Origin: an uncultured Actinomycetes bacterium
GTDB taxonomy: Bacteria; Actinomycetota; Thermoleophilia; Gaiellales; Gaiellaceae
DNA: 64,000 nucleotides
Assembly (NCBI GenBank): GCA_963747715.1
Contig: CAVVGB010000005.1
Coordinates: forward strand, 111,808 to 175,807
Direction of reading: 5' to 3'
Numbering within the stretch: the stretch's first letter is position 1; every line of letters starts with the position of its first letter. The notes beneath the pieces were generated by a model. That model did not search any database, had not been told where the DNA came from, and saw only the letters and a list, made by a program, of their open reading frames with translations. The translations under genes were made by a program, and so were the position numbers. This document shows positions 9,412 through 19,362 of this stretch, piece after piece.

Positions 9412-10034
9412 TACTTGAGGTGCGTGACGCCGGGTGCCTCGACCGCCCTGGTCTGCTCCAGCTTCACGCCCTGGCCGACGCCGTCGAAGAGGCGCGCTCC
9501 GCCGCCGAGGACGATCGGGACGACGTGCAGCTCGAGCTCGTCGACGTGTCCGGCGGCCAGGTACTGGTTGATGATGCTGGCGCCCCCGCCGAGGAAGACG
9601 TCTTTCCCGGCGGCTGCCGAGCGAGCCTGTTCGAGGGCCTCTTCGATTCCACCTGTGACGAAGGTGAACGTTGTGTCCGAAAGGGTCAGCGGCTCGCGCT
9701 CGTGGTGGGTCAAGACGAAGACCGGCATGTGGAACGGCGGCTCGTCGCCCCACCAGCCCGTCCATGGCTCGTCGCTCCACGGGCCGGGACCGCCGCCGAA
9801 CTTGCCCCGACCCATGATCTCCGCACCCACGTTGGCCTGAGATTCCTCGGCGACCGTGCTGCTGACGTTCACCTCGCCACCCTCGAGCCCGTGAGGCGCG
9901 CGCCAGGCCTGCAGCACGATCAGCCACTCGTGCAGGCCTTCGCCACCCTCGCCGAGCGGGTTCTCGAGGCTCTGATTCGGGCCGGCGACGTAGCCGTCCG
10001 CCGAGACCGAGATGTGAGCTCGTACCTTGCTCAT
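9396..10034 (-). CDS. dihydrofolate reductase family protein (RibD C-terminal domain)
   Basis: 212 aa. MSKVRAHISVSADGYVAGPN...FLGGGASI...L.V.PIVLGGG is typical of RibD_C/YwjB-like proteins. Confidence 0.9.
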   Translation of the reverse strand: MSKVRAHISVSADGYVAGPNQSLENPLGEGGEGLHEWLIVLQAWRAPHGLEGGEVNVSSTVAEESQANVGAEIMGRGKFGGGPGPWSDEPWTGWWGDEPPFHMPVFVLTHHEREPLTLSDTTFTFVTGGIEEALEQARSAAAGKDVFLGGGASIINQYLAAGHVDELELHVVPIVLGGGARLFDGVGQGVKLEQTRAVEAPGVTHLKYRVVK

Positions 10035-10063
10035 GCCCTATCGACTCCCACCGCCGCGAAAAC

Positions 10064-10795
10064 TCATCGCAGCGCGTAGCGAAGGAAGAGATGCGCATCT
10101 TGCCGCTTGACGCTCGAGACGCGCGCCTGGACCCCGTTCTCCGGCAGAAAGGCCGCGCCCTCGACGAGGCCGAAGCGGTCGCCTTCGCTGGAACGGCCCG
10201 CCAGCAACGGCGAGATCGTCAGGAAGAGATCGTCCACGACGCCCGCCCGCACGAAGGATCCGAAGCCGTGCGGCCCGGCTTCGCAGAGGACGTGCTGGTG
10301 GCCGCGCTCACGCAGGTGCGCGACGACCGCCGCCGGGTCGAGCTCACGATCGTCCCCCAGCGAAACGAGCTGCGAGGCCTCGGGTAGCCGGTCGGACAGC
10401 CGCGCGGCCCCTTCCTCGCTCGTCAGGACGAGAGCCCCGGCCTCGAGCGCCGGGTGTGCCGGATCGATCGCGCCGCTGCCCGTCAGGATCGCGACCTCCG
10501 GCTGCGCGTCCTTTTCAAGAACGCGCCGCAGCTCGGCGAACTCCGCTGCGGCGGGCGGGTAGGCACGCTCGGGCATCCAACTCGCGCGCGGCCATGCAGC
10601 GACGGTGCCGGCGCCGGTCAGGACGACGTCGGCGAGGGCGCGCAGCAGGCCCATCACGAATTTGTCCCCGTCGCTGCCCATGCTGATGAGCTCGTTGGAA
10701 CGAGGGACGCTCGGAATGGCGACGACGCCGTCGAGCGTGGAGACGAAGTTCGCGTAGACGAGCGGCTCTTCGAGCGCGAGGCCGCCGCCGTACAT
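10064..10795 (-). CDS. RibD C-terminal domain (pyrimidine reductase-like) family protein
   Basis: ATG at 10795 is the only canonical start that keeps it clear of the divergent gene. Carries VYANFVSTLDGVVAI... and ...LFLTISPLLAG. Confidence 0.8.
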   Translation of the reverse strand: MYGGGLALEEPLVYANFVSTLDGVVAIPSVPRSNELISMGSDGDKFVMGLLRALADVVLTGAGTVAAWPRASWMPERAYPPAAAEFAELRRVLEKDAQPEVAILTGSGAIDPAHPALEAGALVLTSEEGAARLSDRLPEASQLVSLGDDRELDPAAVVAHLRERGHQHVLCEAGPHGFGSFVRAGVVDDLFLTISPLLAGRSSEGDRFGLVEGAAFLPENGVQARVSSVKRQDAHLFLRYALR

Positions 10796-10909
10796 GTTCT
10801 CGAGGGCCGGCGTGAGGACAGAATCCGGAAGCCAAGACGCCTCGTACAGGGTCTCGAACAGGCCGCGGACGCTAGCACGGGCCGAAGTAGAATTCGCCTC
10901 CGCCACACC

Positions 10910-11620
10910 ATGCGAGCAACCGTCAAAGAGAAGCAGGAGATCGCGAAGGGAACGCTCCTCGTCACCTTCGACCTCCTCGGGGAAGAGGTGGACTTCCAGC
11001 CCGGGCAGTACTTCTTCGTCACCCTGCCCGACCTCGGCCATCAGGACGACCGGGGTCTGCGGCGCCACATCACCGTGGTGACCTCGCCCAACGAGAAGGG
11101 CGTACTCGGGCTCGCCACGCGGCTGCGCGACACGGCCTTCAAGAACACGCTGCAGGAGGTGTCGGTGGGGGCCGAAGTGGAGGTCGAGCCGCCGAAGGGC
11201 AAGTTCGTGCTCCCGGAGGACACGTCACGACCGCTTGTCTTCATCGCGGGCGGCATCGGGATCACCGTGTTTCGCAGCATGCTCCTCTACATCCGCGAGG
11301 AGAAGCTCCCTTACCGCGTCACCTTGATCTACTCGAACCGCGACCGTGAGTCCACGGCGTTCCTCGAGGAGCTCGAGGAGCTCGACCGGGAGCTCCCCAA
11401 CTTTCGCCTCATTCTTACGATGACCGACGACCCCGAGTGGAGCGGGGAGACACGGAGGGTCGATGCCACCTTCTGCAAGGACCACGTGGAAGGGGACCTG
11501 AACGACTACACGTTCATGGTCGCCGGGCCTCCGGCGATGGCAGAAGGGGTGCAGGCTGAGCTGGCCGAGGCGGGCGTCGACGAGGCGAACGTCACGGCCG
11601 ACCGTTTCAGCGGCTACTAA
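10910..11620 (+). CDS. FAD/NAD(P)-binding oxidoreductase (ferredoxin-NADP reductase-like)
   Basis: ATG at 10910. RHITVVTSP, IAGGIGITV and FMVAGPPAM are FNR-family motifs. Confidence 0.85.
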   Translation: MRATVKEKQEIAKGTLLVTFDLLGEEVDFQPGQYFFVTLPDLGHQDDRGLRRHITVVTSPNEKGVLGLATRLRDTAFKNTLQEVSVGAEVEVEPPKGKFVLPEDTSRPLVFIAGGIGITVFRSMLLYIREEKLPYRVTLIYSNRDRESTAFLEELEELDRELPNFRLILTMTDDPEWSGETRRVDATFCKDHVEGDLNDYTFMVAGPPAMAEGVQAELAEAGVDEANVTADRFSGY

Positions 11621-11623
11621 CGC

Positions 11624-12322
11624 CTATACGGCAGCCTGCTGCGACTTCACGTGCGCGATGTACCCACGCACGTCCCCCGCTGGCTCGGTGTACGCCTCTC
11701 CCAAGACCTGCTCCATCCGCTCGATGTACTCCTCGGCCCAGCCGGGAAGCTCGTAGTCGATCGCGCGCAGAAACTCGAGCGTCGCCGCCCAGCGCATGTC
11801 CGCGATCGAGGGGCCGTCGCCGCCGATGAATTTCCTCCCCTCGAGGAACCAGGCGCGGAATGCCTCGAGTGGCGTAGCGAGCGCCGCCTCCGCATCCTTC
11901 TGCGCCTTGGCCTTCATTTCGTCATCCGCCTCCGAGGTCCCGACCTCCCCGGGGTACTGGCCGAAGCCGAGCGCCGGATAGGTCGCGCGCGTGAGCAGCG
12001 GATAGAACGTGCCTGTGAGGTAGAACATCGCGCTGTCGACCATCGCGCGCTCGCCGGGATCGGTGGGATAGAACTGATGCAGTCCGTGCTTGTTGCAGAG
12101 GTACTGCATGATCGCGCAGCTCTCCCAGATAGACCCGCGCGGAAGACCGGCTTCTTCGAGGAGCGGCGTGAGGTCGGCGGGGTCTTTCGCGAGAAACTCC
12201 GGCGTGCCCTTCCGCCCCCACATGTCTTCTTCTTCGAACTCGAGATCGGCGGCGCGGACGAGGATGCGCACGCAAAGGTTGTTGACGCTCGGCTTGAGAA
12301 TGCTCAGGTTGTGGTCGGCCAT
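11624..12322 (-). CDS. glutathione S-transferase family protein
   Basis: ATG at 12322 with AGGAGGG upstream. GST N- and C-domain pattern (ESCAIMQYL...). Confidence 0.85.
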   Translation of the reverse strand: MADHNLSILKPSVNNLCVRILVRAADLEFEEEDMWGRKGTPEFLAKDPADLTPLLEEAGLPRGSIWESCAIMQYLCNKHGLHQFYPTDPGERAMVDSAMFYLTGTFYPLLTRATYPALGFGQYPGEVGTSEADDEMKAKAQKDAEAALATPLEAFRAWFLEGRKFIGGDGPSIADMRWAATLEFLRAIDYELPGWAEEYIERMEQVLGEAYTEPAGDVRGYIAHVKSQQAAV

Positions 12323-12419
12323 CGAGCCCTCCTGGATTCGTAGGCCGCCATTCTCGCGCGCGGGCGGATCATTTTCCACGCTCTCTCCCACCCAAGGTCC
12401 GAACGCCTAACCTGACGGC

Positions 12420-12716
12420 GTGGCCGACTACTACGTCGTGCGCCAGAAACGCGGGCCCGAGTGGGATTACTCGCGCGGGCGGCGCGAGCAGGACCGCTGG
12501 GACGAGCATGCCGCCTTCATGGACGCGCTCGTCGACGAGGGTGTGATCGTGCTGGGCGGCCCGGTCGGTGACCCCCACGAGGGCGACGAGACGATGCTCG
12601 TCGTCGCTGTCCAGAGCGAGCAGGCGATTCGCGAGCGCCTCGCTCCCGATCCGTGGGCAGGGACGCACCTGACGCTCGTCAGCGTCGAGCCGTGGACGGT
12701 CTGGCTTAGAGCCTGA
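12420..12716 (+). CDS. YciI-like family protein
   Basis: 98 aa with the YciI-type pattern W..H..FMD.L...G....GGP. Confidence 0.85.
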   Translation: MADYYVVRQKRGPEWDYSRGRREQDRWDEHAAFMDALVDEGVIVLGGPVGDPHEGDETMLVVAVQSEQAIRERLAPDPWAGTHLTLVSVEPWTVWLRA

Positions 12717-12764
12717 GCAGGAACCGCTCTATCCATCCCGTAATCCGATGCCGACAAGGACGGC

Positions 12765-13073
12765 ATGGACCCAGCAGGCGCTCGAGAGCTCGCCAAACGG
12801 ATCGCCGAGGAAGAGCAGCGGCGGTCGAACGCTGCCGGACAGTTCGAAGCATCGGCGTCCGACGGGCGTGACGGCGGTGCCGACACGCACGTCCTCTTCA
12901 TCTGGCACTCGTCCGGCTACCAGCTTCTTTCGCGCGACGGCGCAGTGCCGGAAGCCGGGTCCGAGATCTCGTTGAGCGACCAGGGCGGCGGCCGCTACCT
13001 CGTCAGCAAGGTCGGGCCGTCTCCCTTGCCGGGTGACCGCCGGCGCTGCGCGTTCCTCGAGCCAATCGATTAG
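12765..13073 (+). CDS. hypothetical protein
   Basis: 102-aa ORF with good GC3. No domain recognised. Confidence 0.5.
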   Translation: MDPAGARELAKRIAEEEQRRSNAAGQFEASASDGRDGGADTHVLFIWHSSGYQLLSRDGAVPEAGSEISLSDQGGGRYLVSKVGPSPLPGDRRRCAFLEPID

Positions 13074-13091
13074 CGGGCTACGAGCGTAAAG

Positions 13092-14207
13092 CTAGGGCTG
13101 GTGGAAAGTGGCCAGCCGCTCGGCCTCCGCGTCCACCTCGCGCTTCACGTCCCGGCCCAGGCGCTTGAAGGGGGCAACGACCACGCGACCCCGCTCGTAC
13201 GTCCACGTCCCCGCCACCCGGCCGTCGATCAGGAACGTCTGCACCGACTGGGGGGTCTTGGTCGTGAAGACGCGCGCGCGGTACTCCTCCGGAAGAATCT
13301 GCGTCCGACGCGCGTGCGCGAGCAGCGTCGCGTCCCACACCGGCAGGAACCGAACGGGCGCGGGCGTGTCTGCGTCCGGGAGGGGCGCACGCGGCAGGTC
13401 GACGAGCTCATTCCCATTCTCATCGCGGAAGCGACGCAGCTCGAGACTCTCGACGACCGGCTTCATGAGCGCGACGGGCAGCCCCGCCCAGTTGGCCAGG
13501 TCCTTCACCGATGCCGGGCCGAAGCCCGAGAGATAGCGCCGTACGAGCAGCTCGATCCCCTGCTCCTGGGTTACATCCGACGGGCCGAGCCAGTCGTCCG
13601 CGAGCGCGTAGAGGTCGGCTCGCCGCTGCTCCCACGTGCCCGACGGAGGCGCGCGGACGAGATCGAGCCACATGCCGACGCCGTTCCAGGTGACGTTGTC
13701 GGCGCCGAGCTCCTTCACGAGCTCCGTTCGCCGGAGCGGCCCGTCGGCAAGCAGCTTGCGCGTCTTCTTCGCCGCCGCCTCGATCTTCCGCCGGTCTGCA
13801 CGAGCGCCGTGGCCCTTGATCCACCCCTCACGCCGCCTGTCCCGCACCCCTTCCGCGATCACGGGGAAGTCGCGAGCCGAGACGAGGTGGATCGTGACGC
13901 GCATGAGCGTCCCTTGGGCGACGGAGCGCCGCTCGAGCGCCTTCGTGAGGTCGTCGCGCTCGAAGCCTGCGAGCCGCGACCAGAGGCCGATGTACATGGA
14001 GGGCGCGTACTGGGCCTGGATGCCACCGAGCCGCTCGAGGGCCCGCGGCAGCGGGAGATTCGCGCGCTGGAGCAGGAGTTGGCGGGCCAGCAGGGCTCTG
14101 TTGAGTTCCCGCTCCGTTAGAGTTTGCTCGGCCAGAAACCGACCTTTGTTGGATTGCGGCCCGCGGGAATACCGGTGGGCCGCCCTCGTTTGGGAGGCAC
14201 ATGACAC
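13092..14207 (-). CDS. winged-helix DNA-binding protein, YcaQ/AlkZ-like family
   Basis: 371 aa. LNRALLARQLLL...LGGIQAQYAPSMYIGLWSR is typical of the family. The only canonical start in frame is GTG at 14207. Confidence 0.85.
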   Translation of the reverse strand: MSCASQTRAAHRYSRGPQSNKGRFLAEQTLTERELNRALLARQLLLQRANLPLPRALERLGGIQAQYAPSMYIGLWSRLAGFERDDLTKALERRSVAQGTLMRVTIHLVSARDFPVIAEGVRDRRREGWIKGHGARADRRKIEAAAKKTRKLLADGPLRRTELVKELGADNVTWNGVGMWLDLVRAPPSGTWEQRRADLYALADDWLGPSDVTQEQGIELLVRRYLSGFGPASVKDLANWAGLPVALMKPVVESLELRRFRDENGNELVDLPRAPLPDADTPAPVRFLPVWDATLLAHARRTQILPEEYRARVFTTKTPQSVQTFLIDGRVAGTWTYERGRVVVAPFKRLGRDVKREVDAEAERLATFHQP

Positions 14208-15664
14208 TGGACAGCCGTCAACGTTGGCTCGCGCTCTACCTGCTCTGTCTCGCGGACATCATGATCGTGCTCGACACGACGATCGTGAACGTCGCGCTGC
14301 CCGCGATCGGAGAGGACCTGGGGTTCTCGCAGGCCTCGCTCGCGTGGGTGGTGAACGCGTACCTGCTGACGTTCGGCGGCTTCCTGCTGCTGGGTGGGCG
14401 GCTCGGAGATCTCTTCGGTCACCGGCGGCTCTTCCTCATCGGCATCGTCATCTTCACCATCGCGTCGCTCGCATGCGGTCTGGCCAACTCCCAGGAGTTC
14501 CTCATCATCGCGCGCGCCGCTCAGGGTGTCGGCGGCGCGATCGTCTCGGTCGTCGTGCTGTCGCTGCTCATGATCATGTTCACGGAGCCTGCCGAGCGCG
14601 CCAAGGCGATGGGGATCGTCGGCTTTGTCCTCTCCGGCGGAGGAGCCGTCGGCGTGCTGCTCGGCGGGGTCATCACCGAGATCGCGGCGTGGAACTGGAT
14701 CTTTCTCGTCAACATCCCGATCGGCATCGCGGTGTTCGTGTGGTGCCTGAGGCTCCTGCCCCCTGACCAGAGGATGCCGGGCACCGAAAGGCGCCTGGAC
14801 CTCGCGGGAGCGATCACCGTGACCGCGGCCATCATGATCGCCGTCTACGCGATCGTGAACGGTAACGAGGAGGGCTGGACGTCGGCTCAGACGCTCGGCA
14901 TGCTCGGCGCCGCGGCCGTGCTCTTCGCAGCATTCATCGTGATCGAGGCGCGCGCAACCGCTCCACTCGTGCCCCTTCGGCTCTTCAAGCGTCGCAACAT
15001 CTCGACCGCGAACGTCATCGGCCTGCTCATGCCGGGCGCGATGTTCGGGTGGTTCTTCCTCTCGGCGCTCTACATGCAACTCGTGCTCGGCTACAGCTCC
15101 CTCGAGGTCGGTCTCGCGTTTCTACCCGGCACCATCATCTGGGGTATCGCCTCGATCGCGGTGTCGGATCGGCTCGTGATGCGGTTCGGCTTCAAGGTGC
15201 CGCTCCTCCTCGGGCTGGGGGCCTTCATGATCGGCCTCCTGCTGCTTGCGCGGGCTCCGGTCGACGGGAACTACCTGATCGACATCCTCCCCAGCACGAT
15301 CTTCTTCGGCATCGGCGGTGGCATCACGTTCAACCCGCTCCTTTTGGCAGCGATGGGAGATGCGACGCCGATGGAGGCGGGCCTCGCATCGGGTGTCGTG
15401 AACACCTCCTTCATGTTCGGCGGAGCGCTCGGCCTGGCCGTGCTGGCGAGCGCTGCGGCCGCGCGCACCGACGATCTCCTCGCCTCGGGTGAGAGCCAAG
15501 CGGCGGCCCTCACGGGCGGCTACCACCTCGCGTTCGTGATCGGTGCCCTGTTCGCGGCGGCGGCGGCCGTGGTCGGAGGCCTTCTGCTCCGACCGGCCGC
15601 AGCACCGGCGCACGGGATGGAACCTGAGCCCGCAGGCGAGCCTGCGGGCGAGCCGGCAACCTGA
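14201..15664 (+). CDS. MFS transporter, DHA2 (EmrB/QacA-like, 14-TMS) family
   Basis: 487 aa with LDTTIVNVALP near the N-terminus and many TM segments. Confidence 0.9.
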   Translation: MTLDSRQRWLALYLLCLADIMIVLDTTIVNVALPAIGEDLGFSQASLAWVVNAYLLTFGGFLLLGGRLGDLFGHRRLFLIGIVIFTIASLACGLANSQEFLIIARAAQGVGGAIVSVVVLSLLMIMFTEPAERAKAMGIVGFVLSGGGAVGVLLGGVITEIAAWNWIFLVNIPIGIAVFVWCLRLLPPDQRMPGTERRLDLAGAITVTAAIMIAVYAIVNGNEEGWTSAQTLGMLGAAAVLFAAFIVIEARATAPLVPLRLFKRRNISTANVIGLLMPGAMFGWFFLSALYMQLVLGYSSLEVGLAFLPGTIIWGIASIAVSDRLVMRFGFKVPLLLGLGAFMIGLLLLARAPVDGNYLIDILPSTIFFGIGGGITFNPLLLAAMGDATPMEAGLASGVVNTSFMFGGALGLAVLASAAAARTDDLLASGESQAAALTGGYHLAFVIGALFAAAAAVVGGLLLRPAAAPAHGMEPEPAGEPAGEPAT

Positions 15665-16587
15665 TGCGCCTCGAGGGCATCCACCACATCACGTGCATCA
15701 CGGCGGATGCGCCCCGCAACGTCGACTTCTACGCGCGCGTCCTCGGGCTTCGCCTCGTCAAGAAGACCGTCAACCAGGACGACCCGACCGTGTACCACCT
15801 GTTCTACGCCGACGAGAAGGGAAGCCCGGGAAGCGACATCACGTTTTTCGAGTACCCCGGCGCGAGACGGGGCCGCGCGGGCGCGGGCATGGTGCACCGG
15901 ATCGTCTGGCGCATCGCGAACGAGGAGGCACTGGACTTCTGGGAGACTCGTCTTCGCGCAGACGGCGCGCCGGTGTCGCGGACGCCCGGCCGGCTTACCT
16001 TCTCCGATCCGGAAGGACTGAGTCTCGAGCTCGCCGTCGTCGAGACCGAGGACGCGCCGCTCCTCGCCGACCATCCCGAGGTCCCGGCCGAAGTCGCGCT
16101 CCAAGGCTTCGACGGCGTGCGCGCGTACGCTCTCGAGCCGGAGGCGAGCCGACAGTTCCTCGAGGGCGCGCTCGGCTTCGAGCCCGCAGGAGCGGATGCC
16201 TACGAGCGCCGCGGGGAAGAACGCGGGTCCTTCTACGCCTACGACGGGACGCAGGAACGCGGAATCGGCGGCGCGGGGACGGTTCACCACGTGGCGTGGT
16301 CCTCGCCGATGGACGAGCACGAAGGCTGGCGGCAGCGCGCTATCGAGGGCGGGGCCTCCGCGACGCCCGTCATCGACCGCTACTACTTCCGGTCCATCTA
16401 CTTCCGCGAGCCGAGCGGCGTCCTTTTCGAGATCGCCACGATGGGTCCGGGATTCACCGCCGACGAGCCGCTCGAGACCCTCGGTGAGCGACTGTCGCTC
16501 CCGCCGGACTACGAGCACCTGCGCGACAGGCTCGAGCCGGTCCTGACGCCGTTGCCGAACCCGCGCGCGCAAGAGCCGGTCTCCTAG
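15664..16587 (+). CDS. ring-cleaving dioxygenase (VOC/glyoxalase superfamily)
   Basis: 307 aa. IHHITCI...NVDFYARVLGLRLVKKTVNQDDPTVYHLFY. The start overlaps the MFS stop (TGATG). Confidence 0.9.
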   Translation: MRLEGIHHITCITADAPRNVDFYARVLGLRLVKKTVNQDDPTVYHLFYADEKGSPGSDITFFEYPGARRGRAGAGMVHRIVWRIANEEALDFWETRLRADGAPVSRTPGRLTFSDPEGLSLELAVVETEDAPLLADHPEVPAEVALQGFDGVRAYALEPEASRQFLEGALGFEPAGADAYERRGEERGSFYAYDGTQERGIGGAGTVHHVAWSSPMDEHEGWRQRAIEGGASATPVIDRYYFRSIYFREPSGVLFEIATMGPGFTADEPLETLGERLSLPPDYEHLRDRLEPVLTPLPNPRAQEPVS

Positions 16588-16634
16588 CCGCGCTTCGAAT
16601 CCTCCCGATTCGGTAAATCCCAGGAAGGTCGTAC

Positions 16635-17651
16635 ATGGGGCGCTACGTGCTCAGACGGCTCATCTGGACAGCGTTCGTCCTCCTGATCGTCACCCTCCTC
16701 ACCTTCACGATCTTCTATGTCCTCCCGCCTGGCGACCCGACCAGTCAAGTCCCACCCGCCCGCCAGGTTGCGGGAGGGACTCCGCCTACTGAGGAGCGGC
16801 TGGCCGAGATACGAAGACAACTGGGCCTGGACCGGTCGCTGCCGGAGCAGTACGGGCTCTTCGTCAAGCACCTCGTCATGGGTGACGGCGACGACTGCCC
16901 GACCGGGATCAAGGGGTGCGGTTGGCCCGGGCTCGGGTTCTCCTTCGAGACTCGCACCTCGGTCCGGCAGGAAATCATGGAGCGCGCGCCCCGAACGCTC
17001 TCGCTCGCTCTCGGCGCGGCCGTCATCTGGCTCATCGTTGGAATCTCGATCGGGATCGTCTCGGCGCTCCGGCGCCGGACGCTGACTGACCGGCTCGCCA
17101 TGGGCTTCGTGCTCTTCGGCATCTCGGCGCCCGTCTTCTGGCTCGGCTTGATGGCGCTGTTCGTCTTCTGGCAGACGCTCGGCATCGAAGCGCTCGGCAC
17201 GGGCTACGTCAACCTGCAAGACGATCCGGTCGGCTGGTTCCAGCACCTGATCCTGCCGTGGTGTGTGCTCGCTCTCCTGTTTGCCGCGTTCTATGCCCGC
17301 ATGACCCGGGGGAACCTCATCGACACCATGGGGTCGGACTTCATTCGCACGGCGCGGGCGAAGGGCCTGCCCGAGCGCACCGTGGTCGCCAAGCACGGGC
17401 TGCGCGCGAGCCTAACCCCGATCGTCACGATGCTCGGCATGGACCTCGCTCTTCTTGTCGGCGGAGCCTTCATCACGGAGATCGTGTTCAATCTGCAGGG
17501 CCTCGGCCAGTGGGCCGTGAGCTCGGCTTATTCGTCCGACCTTCCGGCTCTGGTCGGCGTAACGGTCGTCACCGCGTTCGCTGTGGCGGTGCTGAACCTG
17601 ATCGTCGACATCGCATATGCGTATCTCGATCCACGAGTGAGACTTTCATGA
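16635..17651 (+). CDS. ABC transporter permease (DppB/OppB-type), orphan
   Basis: 338 aa. N-terminus MGRYVLRRLIWT... and the motif FIRTARAKGL are typical of the type. Confidence 0.9.
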   Translation: MGRYVLRRLIWTAFVLLIVTLLTFTIFYVLPPGDPTSQVPPARQVAGGTPPTEERLAEIRRQLGLDRSLPEQYGLFVKHLVMGDGDDCPTGIKGCGWPGLGFSFETRTSVRQEIMERAPRTLSLALGAAVIWLIVGISIGIVSALRRRTLTDRLAMGFVLFGISAPVFWLGLMALFVFWQTLGIEALGTGYVNLQDDPVGWFQHLILPWCVLALLFAAFYARMTRGNLIDTMGSDFIRTARAKGLPERTVVAKHGLRASLTPIVTMLGMDLALLVGGAFITEIVFNLQGLGQWAVSSAYSSDLPALVGVTVVTAFAVAVLNLIVDIAYAYLDPRVRLS

Positions 17652-18112
17652 CGCACGAAAGTCGCGACGAGCGTCTCGACCGCGAGCTGATCGAGCTCCT
17701 CAACGAGCTTCGCGTCGCGCTGCCGGGCGTGCAGGTCCTGTTCGCGTTCCTCCTGGCCGTGCCGTTTTCGCAGCGGTTCGAGCAACTCACCGCCGTGCAG
17801 GAAGACGTCTTCTTTGCGGCATTCCTTTGCACCGCCGTCGCAACGGCGCTCCTGATTGCGCCGTCGGTCTACCACCGCTTACGGTGGCGGAAGCGCGACA
17901 AAGATCAGATCCTCCGCACCTCGAACAGGCTCGCCATCGCAGGCACGGCCTTCTTGGCAGCTGCGATCGTCGCGGTCGTGTACCTCGTCACCGACCTGAT
18001 CTACGGAGCCGTTACGTCGATCGTCGTGACCCTGGCGGCCGCCGCAATGTTCGGCTGGCTCTGGTACGGGCTTCCGCTCGTCAGGCGCTGGCGAGCGCCT
18101 TCGCGTTCCTGA
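17648..18112 (+). CDS. DUF6328 family membrane protein
   Basis: Its ATG overlaps the permease stop (ATGA). Carries LNELRVALPGVQVLFAFLLAVPFSQRF. Confidence 0.75.
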   Translation: MTHESRDERLDRELIELLNELRVALPGVQVLFAFLLAVPFSQRFEQLTAVQEDVFFAAFLCTAVATALLIAPSVYHRLRWRKRDKDQILRTSNRLAIAGTAFLAAAIVAVVYLVTDLIYGAVTSIVVTLAAAAMFGWLWYGLPLVRRWRAPSRS

Positions 18113-18740
18113 GCTCGCGACGCAGGGCGGCGGTGGCTCGCTCGACGCGCTTCCGGTTCTGAGGGTCGTTCAGCCAACTGCTCGCTCCCGACGGGTGCGG
18201 CAGCGGGACGGCGATGGCCTCGCCGAACGGGAACACGGAGCCGATGCACTCGTCGAGGCGCCGGCGCAGCATGAGCACCCGGCGGATCGCCAGCCCACCG
18301 ACCGGCACGACGACCGCAGGACGGACGAGGCGAAGGTCCCACTCGAGCCAGAAGCGGCAGAGCTCGATCTCGCGCGGGGTCGGCGCGCGGTCGCCTCGGC
18401 CTGACGGATGCTTGCCCGGGTAGCAGCGCGTGATCGAGACGCAGTAGAACGTCGCGTAGAACTCCTCCTCGTCCATGCCGACCCAGCGGCGCAGCGTGCG
18501 ACCAGCGCGCCCGCGCCAGGGACGGCGCTCGTCTCCCTCGATAACTCCCGGCGCCTGTCCGACGATCATCGCGCGCTGTCCGGCGTGCCCCTCGAATACC
18601 GGCCAGGACTCGAGTGGATAGCCCGCCTCCACGCATGCGCGGCACACGCGGTTGTCTCGGTGGAGAGAGGCGAGCGAGCGATACGAGGACTTCCGCCGGT
18701 GGTGACCCCGATTGGGGGCGGGTGGCGGGGAATCTGTCAC
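18081..18740 (-). CDS. uracil-DNA glycosylase superfamily protein
   Basis: 219 aa with UDG family 4/5-like motifs GQAPG and HPSG. Confidence 0.85.
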   Translation of the reverse strand: MTDSPPPAPNRGHHRRKSSYRSLASLHRDNRVCRACVEAGYPLESWPVFEGHAGQRAMIVGQAPGVIEGDERRPWRGRAGRTLRRWVGMDEEEFYATFYCVSITRCYPGKHPSGRGDRAPTPREIELCRFWLEWDLRLVRPAVVVPVGGLAIRRVLMLRRRLDECIGSVFPFGEAIAVPLPHPSGASSWLNDPQNRKRVERATAALRRELRNAKALASA

Positions 18741-19336
18741 CGACAGACGACCACGAACCAGTCGCCTTCGTGCAAGACGACACCGCCGCCGAGCTCCTCG
18801 GCAAGCTCGTCGGGATCGAAGTAGCGCTTGTAGACGTCGTAGCGCGAGCCGTCGTTGAGGATGCGCTCGTTGATCTCCTCGCGTCCGACGCCCGGCCGCA
18901 TAGCCGTGTCGACCACGACGAGCTCGGGAGCGAGCCGGCGCGCCTCCGTGAGGAAGCGTTGCCGGTGCCCGTCGCCCAGGTGGCCGTAGAAGTGGCCCGT
19001 GAACACGCGGTCGAAGCTCCCGTCGGCAAACGGAAGAGCGAGCGCGTCCGCGCGCACGAAGGTTGCGTCCGGGCAGCGCTCGCGGGCGATCGCGAGCATC
19101 GTCTCGCTCTGGTCGATCGCGGTGATCTCACCGCGCAGATGCTGGGTCAGGAAGCCGGTCCCGCACGCAACGTCGAGCACACGTGCGGGCGCGAGGGCCG
19201 CGATGACACCGAAAAGCCCGGCCAGCTCCTCGTCCCAGCCGGGACGCTCGATCCCCTCAAACCGGCCGACACCGAGGTACCACTCGTCGTACTCCGGGGC
19301 GCGGAGGTCGTAATAGCGGCGTTCCTCGGCTCGCAC
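18737..19336 (-). CDS. class I SAM-dependent methyltransferase
   Basis: 199 aa with motif I VLDVACGTG. Its stop overlaps the UDG start. Confidence 0.85.
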   Translation of the reverse strand: MRAEERRYYDLRAPEYDEWYLGVGRFEGIERPGWDEELAGLFGVIAALAPARVLDVACGTGFLTQHLRGEITAIDQSETMLAIARERCPDATFVRADALALPFADGSFDRVFTGHFYGHLGDGHRQRFLTEARRLAPELVVVDTAMRPGVGREEINERILNDGSRYDVYKRYFDPDELAEELGGGVVLHEGDWFVVVCR

Positions 19337-19362
19337 GGAGCGAGCCTATCGTTGAGCCTGGA

